From assembly GCA_964187785.1 (NCBI GenBank), contig OZ076409.1:66590001-66654000 (forward strand): DNA of 64,000 nt, read 5' to 3'. The notes beneath the pieces are model-generated. The model ran no database searches and was not told the DNA's origin. It was given only the letters and a program-made list of their open reading frames with translations. Numbering within the stretch: position 1 is the stretch's first letter; every line of letters starts with the position of its first letter. This DNA is from Amphiscolops sp. MND2022 (lineage: Eukaryota). This document shows positions 45,020-58,056 of the stretch, one piece after another. The position numbers and the translations under genes were made by a program.

Positions 45020-48000
45020 CTAGCACCACGTGAAATATTTTTGGATGTAGTGATCCTGGAGCACAATTTGGAACTGCTCTTTCTTCAAACCGGTCAGAAT
45101 CTCCACCCCATCTGGTTCTCTAGGTAGCACAATTGCCATGCCAGCCAGATGCTTGGAAACTACCAAAAACTTGGTAGGCTTACCCCGGCCTAGGTCGCCA
45201 TCTTTGTACCAGTCAAAGTACTGGGCCATTTCAAGGATGTTAACAACAGTATTTGTGTAGTACCAATTTCATTGCACACATAGGACCCTAATACCCCTAA
45301 TTCTAAGGTGTAAAATGACTGTAAAAAAAGTCTTTCGAATCGTATGGACAGTTTTTGGGAAGTTTCAAAAGGTCGGGAGAAAAAAGTACGAGTGCATTAG
45401 TAGTCGAATTATTTTTCGACTCCCAAAAACTATTTCTTCATATTATTTTTTGTTCTGACTGAGAACGCTTGGTTTTTCATCATCTCACAATTCTAAACTT
45501 GAGACTTTAGTTCAAATTCGTATATTACTGGAAGAAACACGTAGTATTTTCAAAAGTTAATCCATGAAAAATGTATAGAAAAACAATGGAGCTTTTGAAA
45601 ATCAGATTTTTTCATGAAGTACAACAAAAAAGCACGGAAACCACGAATGGGACAAAAATATGAATCTAATTTCACGTCTGAAAGTCGTCTATCTGCGAAT
45701 AATGGCACTGAAAACTCTGAATTGTCGATGATAATCTAGTTTTTAACATCCCTGGTTCCAGTTGGTTATGGAAAAATCCAGTCTTCCGTATCCGGCTGAA
45801 AACTGGATATTATCAGCCCCTTCCCGCTCCACATAATTAATCACAGACTGCATGTAAGAATCAGTGATCTTGATAATGGCTTTTCTGATTCTGCAAGCTG
45901 TTCGATATGCTGAGTCGTTACATAACTTTTCCTTGTGTAAGTTGGTGTAAACAATGAACATGGCATTCCCGAAAAAAGTTCTTGGCAACGGAGGCTTTTT
46001 CCGAAACCTGGATTTTAGGGTGAGCGAAACCCCGTTGATCGGGTGATACTTGGTCATTCAGTAGCTCATTGCATTCAACTTGAAATAATGGTTCAGAATT
46101 GAAAATGGAGAAAAGAAAATTCATCATTTTTTAATTTATGAAAAATATAGGCTTACTTATTTTTGAGTGTATATTTGGTTCACAAATCTAAATAAAAGTA
46201 TTTTTTACTTTACTTCTTCCTTCTGAAATACACGTAACCAGAGATGATCTCTTGATCCAGTAGTTGACTAAATTTCAGAATCACTTGACTGGAATCGAGA
46301 CAGAAAATTGTTCACAATTTAGCACACCCTAACCTCCCGTTACAAGCAAGTTGGAAAATGGAAGTGTCCGATTTTTTGGCATCCTCCATTCCTTGGATGC
46401 AAGCCTTCCAGAAAATGCTGGCCAGACAATCGTTCGTGGAAATGGGCACTTCGTTCGGATGCTTCTGACAAATTTCGGCCTTCATCTCATCCAAGTTGGC
46501 TTTGCTGATCTGGAACCTGACATTGACCCGTGGGTTTTCCGCAACATCTTTGATGAGTTCGTCCCATTTCTGCTGTGAGGTCATGTTTCTCTACTCTTGT
46601 CTCGTCTGATTACTAATTGGATTTGGTTCCAGGTGTACAAAGATTATAGTTCGAACTTTCGCGTTGCGGAAAAAAAACAAACTTCGCTTGCTTGTTGGTT
46701 TCTGGTTCAAACAAGCATTTTTCTTCTCATAGATCTTAACTTAAGAGTTGAATCACTTCGAATTGAGCGCCAGCTGAAAAGTTTTTTCTTTGAAAGGTGA
46801 GCGACTCTGAAAGTTGACCCGATAAAATTATCAAGGAATAATTGACAGAATTAAGAAAATAAAAGATGAAAAATTTCCAACAATTTTGGTTTTCAAAATG
46901 AAAACCAATCAAATTTTACTACCCATAAAAGTGGAGACTAAGGAAACATGATCCCTGTTGTGTTTCTTGGGAATTGGCCACTTCGTACTCCGGGTGCTCT
47001 ACGATGGGGCCACTATTGGGTTTGAACACTTCGCATCTTTTATACACAAGTAGCTGGAACACATTTACCAACACTGAAATGTCATCAAAGTTGTGTCGTA
47101 AATGAAATTGTCTCAGTCAGTATCAACTTAAAAACACTGGAAGGCATTGCTGAGGATCTGTTAACCGAGTTCGTTTCAATTAAACACATAAAAGTTATAG
47201 GAAACTTTTGGTTTCATTGTAAACTATTACTAGAAAACTAATGAACTCAGCAAAATTCTGCAAAATAAAATGATGTGGGACGCCACGAAATAGCTGAAAA
47301 TTAGGCGCAACAAAACGGCCGATTACGTTACGGTAAGAAATCAGTCGATTTTGAAGCGTAACAAAATGGCTTATAGCTTTGAAGGCGGTCGACCTGGAGG
47401 GCTGCAAAACGCCCCGTAAGTAGAAAGGCTGAATCATACAGCCAATAAAATAATTAAGATTAAAGGATGCTTTCTGAGACATTTTGTTTCATTTGAAAAT
47501 CTGCCATTTTGTTACGCTTTAGAAATCGGGCCTTTTGTGGTGCATCCAAATGATGGTTTACTTGGCTCTCCTTGAAGGCGAATATGTTTCTGCGGATGAC
47601 GGAGCAGAGATCAGCGGTGAAGACGTACATAGAGTTGACGTCACAGATCTGGTAGTGAAAGCCCAGGCTGATCATCATGCCCCCCTTGTACAGGTTCTGC
47701 ACGCGCACCTTCAGCAGGTAGTCCTCTTCATCCACCGTGTCATCGTCGTCTTCTTCGTCCTATGTAAGTACGAAAGGGCTGGCTACATGATCTACATGAT
47801 CAAATAGGTAGAACTATGTAATGTCTTGGTTACATGGTTAATGTTTATAAGTACCATAAATAAATGTATCGATAATTTTTAAATGCGCCGTCTCATTTTC
47901 ACCTTTTTGGATACCGGACAAGCTTTTCTAAAACGTATCACCCCATTTGAGCCTCTAGGAATTGAATAGAATTCAAGTTTCCTTTCTACGAAAATTCATG

Positions 48001-49799
48001 CTTAGAATTAATACCATCTCTTACTAACCATTTTATTCAGACAGTCGTCTCGTTTATAACTCTAATAATGATTAGGGCAACCGCGATTTGCACTTTATTT
48101 TTTAAAATTTTGCCCTTTATTTGGCGCCCTTTATTTTAAAATTTGCCCCTTATTTGCCCTTTATCGGCACGCGTTTGAAAGCGAGGATTTAACAAAAAAG
48201 TCAAATTCGTTTATTAAAGTGAAATGTTACAATAAATGCAAATGTAATTCTCGATATTTGTAACATCAAAATTACGGTCCTTGGCCAGCATTTTGTTGAG
48301 TTTGCTAAATGGTTATCTCTGAGAAATCCCAGCGATCGAAGACACGCTACGCTTGCCAAGATCATGGTTAATCATGATACATGGAACGCTTGTCAAGATC
48401 GAATCAAGAACTTCGAATCAAGTTATTACAACTTGTGGGTTTGCGATATCGGTGTGAAAACAAACTTTTCTAGCTGTGATTTGTTAATCTAACTAATACC
48501 TTACCTTTTGAGGTAACGTGTTGAAATTACTGAAGTTCGAGCATGCAATAGAAACTAGTGCAATAAAAATAAATAGAATTAGAAAATAAGAGTTACCAAA
48601 AAACGGATTTGCTACCATGGAACCCTTGTCAAGAACATGGTTAATCTTGGCATCCTTGTCAAGATCATGGTAAAACATGGTACGCTTGGCACGATCTTGC
48701 ATAATCATGGTATCCTTGGCACGATCTTGGTAAGATCTTGGCAAGGCTTGCTAGCGATTTACCATGGTTCTTGGCAAACGTACCATGTCTTCGATCGCTG
48801 GGATGCCTGTACACAAACTCGGGGCGACTCGTATTTCTCAGAAAAGGGGTGATTATATACGAAAAAGTACAAGATTCGATGTATTTTGCCTTTTTTGCCT
48901 TTTATTAAACTTTTTGCCCTTAACCCGCATTTCTGCCCTTTTTGCACCTAGTGCCCTTTTGCTATTTTTGGTTGCCCTAATAATGATCGACTCTACATGT
49001 GTGTGAGCTTTGGTAAATACAGATGACTTGCCTGTATGAAATTGTCATAGATGAAGTCATTCTCGAACTGTTTCTCCTCCAGCTCTTCTATGGATAGAGG
49101 TGACTCATCCAGGTAAGTAACCAGGGCCCCCTCGTTGTTCAGGTCTATCACGGGCTGGTTCATCCCAGCAGGCACTTTGAGTCTTGACAAAAGCAGGAGC
49201 AACATTAGCAAAAGAAATGTGAAGGAAAAAAGTTTTTGGTATTTTAAAAATATCGAGCAGTTTGTTTTTTGTTCGACAGAATTTTTCATTCTTCTGCACT
49301 TTTTTGCAACCAAGCTTTGTGTTCAATTCAAATTTACGCCATTTGTGTACTTCTGCGAATCGGTAGGAAAACTTGCTTATTCACATCAATTTGACATGGA
49401 TTAATGAACCAAAAAAGGTGATTTCAAATCAGGCGCATTCTAAACGAACGTCATTACTGAGAACTTGTCTTGAGGAATGGAGCAAAAAGCTATAAATGGT
49501 TTCATGGAATGTGACCTTAACTTCACCTTCTTACATGAAGGTAAGCAATGACGAACAAACTGTGAAATCTGGACAACATCTCTTAAAAAGAAGTGTACTA
49601 ACCTGCCTGCTAGTTCACCATAGCGAGTGAGCGTCCTGCTGAGGGCCTTCTCGAATTTGTCTCCGGTTATTCTGTACTCGTAGAACATGGCACTCCACAC
49701 GTGGAACGGGGGCATGAGCAAATCTAAGTTGGACAATCTGCTCCTCGAATGCTCCCACTTCTCAGGGTGGTCTGCCTTCACTATCCTCTCGCGGGTCAT
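45020..49799 (-). CDS. Spliced BAHD/'Transferase'-family CoA-dependent acyltransferase-like gene. Approximate exons 49799-49603, 49182-49032, 47759-47562, 47053-~46955, ~46580-46334, 46007-45752, 45220-45020
   Basis: Family-like motifs in the expected order: LSNLD, ALSRTL..Y..LAGRL, LLKVRV...GG...HYQICD, HPEY, ISTNDCLAS.FWK, CNGR...PPLP..FFGNA, ITNW and DLGRGKP (DFGWG equivalent). Most junction phases agree. The exon 4/5 junction is unresolved. Confidence 0.78.
48073..48979. mobile_element. Non-autonomous hAT element in an intron of the acyltransferase-like gene
   Basis: TIRs TAGGGCAACC/GGTTGCCCTA, a perfect 8-bp TSD ATAATGAT (48065-48072 and 48980-48987) and subterminal TTTGCCCT repeats. 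Confidence 0.85.
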
Positions 49800-51487
49800 C
49801 TCTTGAATTATATATTGAATGCAACTAGAACTATTCTATTATCACGTGATGTATCACCAGTATGATGGTAGTTGATGCAATTCAATGACTCTAAAACCTG
49901 TTTTTTTATCATAAAAAATTTTTCATGAAACTGAATTAAGTTGCAAAGTAGCCACAAATTTATCCTTTTTTCCTAACATTTCCTAAGTTTTTTCCCTAAG
50001 TTTTTTCCCTAAGTTTTTAATTGTCTCGGGAGAAGGAAAAAGTTCCAAATATTGTTTCAGACCGATCATAGTCTGAACCATATATGGCCTGATATATATC
50101 AGGCTGGAACCATAAACTTTTTTATGGTTCCAGGCTGATCATAGACTGGACCATATATGTTAAGAGTATGGTCAGCCTGGAACCATAAACTTTTATGGTC
50201 CAGAGTATAAATAATCAGCCTGGAATCATACTGTGAGTATGATGGCAGAGTATGATTGACCTGTTTTTGTATGGGAGGAAACCCGGGATTAATATTACAA
50301 TGAAATAGCGCAAATTTAACTTTTAGCCACTGTTTTGTGACAGAAAGAATTGATACTCGAACGATAGACGTCCCATCATAGAAATCAACGTCGGCAATTA
50401 GTTTGATAACGTATTTTATTGAGAATTTTGTTTTTTTTCTCAAAATATTCCGATCAACCTTGTCAATAAACACGTTTTAAATTCGTTTCTTTACCAAGAG
50501 ACGGCTAATGCCGTGCACATATTTTTTGTAGAAATTACTTGGGGTATAATTACACATACTTAAGATTCACAATAGCTTCATTTCGATTGCTCGTAAGTGA
50601 GCTTCTGTCAGTTTTGAGCCCAAATTATTCAGGAAAAAAATATGTCACACCGCATTCATCATCTTTTTTATACTATTGAACAATGCCAATTTCCAAAACC
50701 TATATATTAAGAAAGGCAATCAGAATGTCTTCCCTGAGGTTCCCAACACCTGATTAAATAATAAGCCGGTAGGTCTGTACAAAACATAATTCATAGCCAT
50801 TGGTTTGATTGGTAAGTGATTGGTAACAATGCAGTTTTGCTTTTGTTTTTGAAATTCGCTGTTTTTTTGTTTAAATATGTTTCTTGATTATGCCATATCT
50901 ATGCATTAATAAAATTATTATTTTAGGAGCGCTAAAAAGAGTTATAAGAAATTTTGAATACCAATGAGATCTTGTTTCACCTATCAATTGCAACTTTTCG
51001 AATATATTAGCCTAATCCGTCTGAAAAAAGTGTGGATTGAGGAACTACAATGAAAAAGGGAGGTTTGAAAATCGAAAACTAACCGTTTAATGTTTTTTAT
51101 TTATGCTAATGTTGCAGAAGGGTAATGAATTGGTTTTCATTTCACGTGCCGATTTAATCAAAAAAATTAAATGATGACATCTTGATTACAATGGTCAGCT
51201 GAATCATTCAGCTGCATTATATAACTCTGGGCTCAATGAAGCCAAAGCTGAATTTAGTAAAAAAAATATGAATGGTTCTGACAAAAAACTTTTGGATATA
51301 GCAAAGAAGTGTTGTTTTTAAGGGCGTCTGCTCAATGTCATTAGTTTCAATTACTTCTAAATAGATTGTGAGAAGTATATTCCTTGCTAAGTTTGAGACA
51401 TTTGCAACTAATCTTTGGGATTCACAAATGATTCATTTGAATTATTGGGAGTCTACTCAATTAGAGTCTACTACTTCTGTTGAATGT

Positions 51488-52173
51488 TTTTTAGTCGGCG
51501 CTTTTCTAGGGAAAAGTGCCCGACTCTTACAGTGGCTAGTTTTTTTTCGTCAGACTACAATCTCACTCTGATTGGGCCACTTTTCTTACAATCGAAACTA
51601 CTAAAACTACTAGCATAAGGTCAAGTCCGGTCAGCGGAAATCAGTGCAAAAGGGTCCCCCCTTTCATTTTTTCCTTTTTTACCGTAACCGACAAAACCGG
51701 ACGAGACTAAAAGGTTCGATTTTTTTTCGGCATTGTGCGACTTTTTTTGAAAATTTTTTAATGTCTCAAAAGAGTCCCCCTTTCGAGTTTTTTGATATTT
51801 TGCAACAGCATATATGTTAATAAAGCCCAAAGGGTCCCCCCTTTTACATTTTTTGGCACTATGCGACATTTTTTGAAAGAAAAAAATCAAAAATTTCAAG
51901 TTTTTTTTGAAAAAGTCTTTTGCGCATTTTGAGCCTGTTGTAACTTTATGGTACAAGAATTTACTTTCTATCAAGACTGTATTTTATCTCGTAGCTATTC
52001 TTACTAAACGAACTTTATTATGATAAAGATGATACAGTATAGGCAGGTACTTCAGACTAATTAAATAACAATAAGAATAATAGTGTCTAAAGTATAAAGT
52101 TTGTCCTCTAGCTTATTCAGCTATGCCACAGAGCCTTAGATATAGCGCTGACTTTAGACGTTCCCGTCTTGTT
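51488..52173 (+). mobile_element. HINE family 1 copy carrying a solo LTR
   Basis: TTTTTAGTCGGCGC start and AGCGCTGACTTTAGACGTTCCCGTCTTGTT end. Confidence 0.6.
51936..52130. mobile_element. Solo LTR (195 bp)
   Basis: TG...CA ends with a 5-bp TSD GAGCC (51931-51935 and 52131-52135). Removing it restores the HINE consensus TTTGAGCCTTAGATAT. Confidence 0.8.
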
Positions 52174-53132
52174 GATGTTTTCAGTGTAGAAATGCGTTTC
52201 TCGATTCCAAAGGGTCACTTTTGTGTAATTTCGGCAATCTGCGACACTTTTCGAAAAACATGTTCTGCGCGTCATGTTAAATTTTGTTTCCAGTGATTTA
52301 AAAGCTTTTTGCCAGTAGTTTTAGAACTTTTTTCAGTTCTTTTTGCCTAAATTGGTGCTGATCTGAAAATGCGCAACCAAAAACGAAAACCTATTTCAAT
52401 ACTAACTTTCTGTTTTCAGTGAAGATAACTTTCGCCTATTCCTTGACCTTTTTGCATATTCTTTTATCTTTTAACTTGTTAACAACGTTTATTTTGATTT
52501 CTAAAACTCTTATGGAAACATTCATTTGGAACTATTTCCGTGTTAAATTCGAACTTTATAGAGCTGCTTGAAAGACATGAGCGAAATTTGGCAGATGTTG
52601 AACAAAAACCACATTCTTTGTTAAATTAATTGATAAATTCGATTGCTCAAGTGAAGAATTTAAAAAATGTAAGATCTTGTAAAAAAAATTGGCGGCAATT
52701 TGAGCCTTTTAAGTATAACAGGTTTCATAGAGAAACAATTCTGTTTTAGGGCAACTACGATGTCATCAAGTTTGCCGCTGTTTTAAAGCCAAATGAATCC
52801 AGTCAGGTCATACCAACAGTCAGTGCAAACTGGCGTCATCTTCAGCGTGCTATTTGAAGAAGAAGAAAGTTTATTTCCCCAATTCCGCGGGGTGGACGCC
52901 GAATAAGCAGTTCTGCTTTTCTAAGTCGGCGCCCTTTCGGATACTATCTCCCCATAGCAAGCTATGGTACCATATTTGCAGCCAAGTGGTCAAGCAATGG
53001 TGGACTTGAAGCTGTGGTTTCAGATTGACTTGCTCAAGGTCACAAAGGTCTGACTGCTCACCGTTGCTCTTTTTATTTTGCTTTTCTCCGCCAAATGCGT
53101 TATTTTTTGTCACTGACCATACCACTAAGCTA

Positions 53133-53736
53133 GTTTTTTAGGAGTCGGAAAAAAGTTTCGACTACTTATGCAATCGCGTGTTTTTTTTCTCCTGACCTTT
53201 TCATGAAAATTTCAAATTTCTCAAAAACTGTCCATACGATTTTCATAAGATTTTGTAGTCATTATACACCCAAAGGGGCCCCTGCGTGCGCAAAGGCATC
53301 AAAATCGTAGGACTGGAATGTGAGAAACATAGCCAAAATTAGCCCGAAAATGGCCAAAATTAGCCCAAAAACAGCCATTTTTCGACTTTTTTCGATTTTC
53401 TCAAAAATTGTCCATACGATTCAAACGAAATTTTCTAGTCAGTCTACACCATATTATGGGCCTTTATGTGCAATTTCATTAAGTTTGTATGGCTGGGATG
53501 TGAGAAACATAGCCAAAATTAACCCAAAAATGGCCAAAAAACAGCCATTTTTGACTTTTTCTGATTTTTGCAAAAACTGTCCATACGATTCGAACGAAAA
53601 TTTCTACAGTCATTTTCTACACCATAGTATGGTCCTATGTGTGCAATTTCAATAACTTCGTATGACTGGGATTCGAGCGAGTCAGAAGGAAAAAGACCTA
53701 AGCAGACTCTTTTACCGCATATGCGGCTCTGGTTTA
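53133..53736 (+). mobile_element. Second HINE-like repeat family with internal repeats of about 180 bp
   Basis: 5' AGTCG...CGACT hairpin, and 3' GACTC followed by a CCGCATATGCGG hairpin. A partial inverted copy lies at about 45270-45432. Confidence 0.45.
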
Positions 53737-55071
53737 AAGCACTTACGTTCACATATTTTTTTGATCCTCGAAGTTTGAAAAGTTTTGAAATGTATTCTAA
53801 TTGAAGGTGCAAAAAATTTTCAGGAGGACAATTATATTCGAAAGTCCAGTGTGTTTTGAAAATTAAATCTATCATTCGATACTTGTGTCGCAAATCAGAG
53901 TGCGAAACATTCCTTTCACTACTCTATAATTTGTGCACTATTACCAACGCCGCTGGAAGATTTTCTGGAACGTTTTCAAATGATTCCAAAAGAAGAAGTA
54001 CTTGAGTAACAACCAATATAAGCTTAAGAACCACGACCCGGTAAAAAAAGATTTGTGACCTATCGAATTCATTTGAAATCGAAACAATTTTTAATAAGTG
54101 TTCATTTTGATCATGAATTGTTACCATTGGCACTGCGACATTACTCGTACAAGACACTTTTGAGAAAGACACATTCCAGCCCCAATAGTTCTAAAAACTA
54201 GTTCATGCCAACATGCAGGTTCTAAAATAACAATCCAAAGTTAGGTTCTTCCACTGTCATTCTAACTATTGAACAAGACGAGACCGTTTAGAGTCCGTGC
54301 CCGGACCTCAAAAAATGCCAAAGTGGGAACTTTCACGTTCCGATTCACAAACTTTTTTAGAAGTTGAAACTCAAGAAAACCCGAAAATGGACCTAATGAT
54401 GAAATAGTAAAGTTTTTCAGAAAAAAAGGCACAGTGACAAAAAAATCCAAAAGGGACTCCTCGACACGTCAAGGTTTGCAAACAATGAAATTTGAGGATA
54501 ACACATCCTGACTACTGGTGGCGTGAACAAACTGTGTTCAAAAAGTGGACACTAGGCTTACATTCTGTGGCCTGGCGAAAAAAACTAGTCACAGTAATAG
54601 TCGGGCATATTTTTCACTAGAAATCCGAGTTCAGCACTCTGGTGTTGTTCAATCAAAAGTTCAGCAAAAAATGGCACCCGATTTGTCTTGTTGGGATAAA
54701 GTCAAATTCCCGGCTTGTTTACTCATCGATGGATCTAGAGTGAATTAATGATTTATTGATATTGTTTCGAGCTTTTTTTTCGTGAGCTTAAAAATGGAAT
54801 TATTCGTAAAATACTTAAAATTCAACCTCAGCAAATAAATTTGTACTCGGGCTCTAAAAACAGGCTCTGCAATAAGAATAAAATTTCCGAATTGCCTGCC
54901 AATATTTTCAGACATTGCCAATCATGTTTCAGACCATTTCAGCAAAAGCACACCAGACTGTCTTAATGGGATTTTCTAGCTTTTCAAAATGAGGATTTCC
55001 TTGGCAAAATATTTCATTAGTTGTATAGCTGTCTTAAAAGTTGTTCATTTCCTGTCAATGTCTAGACTAAT

Positions 55072-56929
55072 TGTCGCAGGCTGCCGCCTGTGACGGTACG
55101 AGTGTGACAACGTCGGCAACTGGACAAGAATTCGTACCCGGAACATTACCCATTTATTAATTGGGATAATTTACAAACTTAGAACTTTCATACTGTTTTG
55201 TTATTCAATATGTAATATGTTTGTTGATGTTGTTAGCTTCGATATATATGTACTTGCACATGTAAAATTAGTCTGTTAAAAGTCACATTTGAAGATTCAA
55301 ATAGTGTATTTGTAACTTCAAAAGATTGAAAGGCGCTTTGCTATTGTAAACGTAATACGTGACAATGTAGCTGTACAGTAGAAAGGAAACGAGTTCAAGT
55401 GAACGAAACTCCTATTCCGGAGACGTCACTTGAGCTCAACTCCTTAGCCAATCACGTTGCTCCTTTTCTATAAGTAATACCACTTTGATTATGTAATGGC
55501 CGAGTATGGCCAATTGACTCAATAATTGTGCCTTTTAGTCAAACGGCCGGTTCCGGCCACTTCGTTGGAATAGCCTGTATGTGTGTTAATTGGGTGTACT
55601 AATCGTAAATTACTGTAAATGTACTCTTAATAATGAATGAAAGCCCCAATGCCGCGCAATGAGCTTAATAAACCTAGTACTCACTCAAAAGCCGAATAAG
55701 GCTTTCTCCCTCTTTTATTACAGTGCTGAATTAATAAACCGGATTTGTCCATCTTCGGCATTGTCAGAAAGTGTGTTATTTTAATAATGCTGTATTATTT
55801 TAAGCAGAACTGATCATGTAATATTTAATCTAGTTCCTACTCACGTTGAATAATAGGCGCGTGGTAACGCGTGTCACAAGCACATTCCGAAGAGATGCCT
55901 TTTGCATTCCTTCAATAGACATTGGTATTTGTTGACAGGATGATGTTGATGATGTTTATAAACACGACACTTGAAGGTGCTGCTTGTGTACCCTGTTAAA
56001 TATCATTCTTTTGATGTTGAATTCCTAAGGACTACCCTGAAACTAGGAATTTTCCCAATCGGGACATCACCCTAAAATATCTGCTTTGAAGTGTTGAACA
56101 CCCTACCCGATGCTGTAATAACACTTGTCACATGACCCGTTGAGGCCATAGTCATATGATGTTTTCTTGATCAAAGAATTTGTGGAATGTGAGTGTCATC
56201 TTTTTAGGAGTATATATAGCTATATTTCTGTAAAAAAGGACACAAATCCCATACCTTTACTTTGATAAAGATTGAATTAATACAACGACTTTTGTCAGTT
56301 TTCCGGTTTTGATAATTGAATTATTCAACCCGGTTCTGTCTTAATGCCTACCACTAGAAAGCAAAAGAAAGCGAGAAAGTCTAGAGGACTTGAGATGTTA
56401 TCAGATATTGAAAATCTGGATATCATGTTAGGAGAAAACCATTTTGGTGCACGAGAAAGAGAAGGTAGCCTGAATAGCAATTTACCTAGGAGGTCTAGGA
56501 GTTTTGCTAGTAATGAGTCTGGCAATGGGGACGGGAACGGAAGTAGACCCAGGGGAAATATTGAACCTAGGATGAGTGCCGAGTGTGATCGCAATTCTAT
56601 CACAGGTCATTCTAGCGCTGAAATAAACAGATTGTCTAGCGAACTGAAATCTCGTATTTCACGGGAAATGGATGAGATGATGAATTCCGTAAGTGTCCAA
56701 ATACAGAGAGCCATACACGGCGCGATAAGTACTCAAGTACTTCCTCAAATCCAAAATGTTATAATGGCCGAACCAGGACACAGGATCAGAAAGGGATGGG
56801 ACGTTCCGGCCGAGAGACCGGAACCAAATTCCGAAGTTCAGCGAGACCTTAACGCAAAGAGTAGCTTAAGAAACGAACAATATGTGAATCAATTGAACGG
56901 TGATTACCCTGACCTAAATGTTCATGACA
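55072..56929 (+). repeat. 5' LTR of element B (1858 bp, inferred by homology)
   Basis: TGTCG start and TGACA end followed by the PBS. The partner LTR is outside the window. Predicted TSD is CTAAT (55067-55071). Confidence 0.8.
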
Positions 56930-58056
56930 TGGTGACAGGAGACAACGAATCTCCAAATCCAGTTCCTGAGTTTCTCACAGGACGCATCTCATCCCGAAAT
57001 CATCTCGACAGGTCCTTTGAGGACATCAACCTCGACACGACGATCCCAGCACAAGAGAGAATCGCTACGGCTGCTGACTCCGACCCCATCACCCGACTGG
57101 CAGACGTCTTGACTACAATGCAAAATAGACCGACAGCCCAACAACTCACCATACGCCCAGTCAACTCAAATACCATGACATTCGATGGCAAAAGTGAGAA
57201 ATTCGAGCTGTTCGAAGACCTATTTCACACTATGATCAAGATGCAGCCAGAAATGACTGAGCAAATGAAGATCAATCACTTCCACTCTTTATTGAGGAAG
57301 AATGCTCTTCAGACGTTCAGAAATATCAGCTCAAGCAACCGATAAACTCTAGAGGACGTACTAGTCATCTTTAGACGGAAATACGTCAAACCCGAGTCAC
57401 AGGCGACTGCCAAACATAAATGGCACCGCCTAGTCTTCGATCCCAATACGATGAAGCTGCCTGATTTTCTCGAAGAATTAAACCAGGGAGCCGAGAAGGC
57501 GTTTGGTGATCATGCACAGAAAATGATTGACAGCTTGCTCTATGCAAAATTGCCACCTAAGTTGAAGCGGTCTGTCAACATGGCCAGACTAGAAAATGGC
57601 TCATATGATGAAATTGTTGCTCATTTGGAGAGAGAGTTGGAACTCAACGCCCTTGAGGAATCAGATGACCTACCAAAGGCCACAATGACCTCCTCGACTA
57701 CAAAATCTAAAACTCCTCTGTCCACTGGGCAAATGTCAGACATTACTTGCAATTATTGCAAGGAAAAAGGCCACTTGGTCAAAGACTGCGAAAAACTGAA
57801 AAAGAAAAAAGAGAAAGATGCCCAACAAGGCAAGTCAACGCAGGAGAAAACATACCCGGAGTGTGGCACTTGTGGCAAAAAGAACCACCCGGAAGAACGA
57901 TGTTGGCAAGGTGCTGGTGCACATCTTAAACCCAAACGCACTAGACCTGAGGACTCAACTGAGATTAAGCCCAATCCAAATGCTCAGAAACCTCAGACCA
58001 AACCGACATCATCGGGCTGCCAATCCTCATATCCTAATGATGAGTCAAAAAACTAA
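56344..58056 (+). pseudogene. gag: Gag of element B with a premature stop
   Basis: TAA at 57343-57345 where element A has CAA (Gln). The same frame continues to 58056. Confidence 0.85.
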
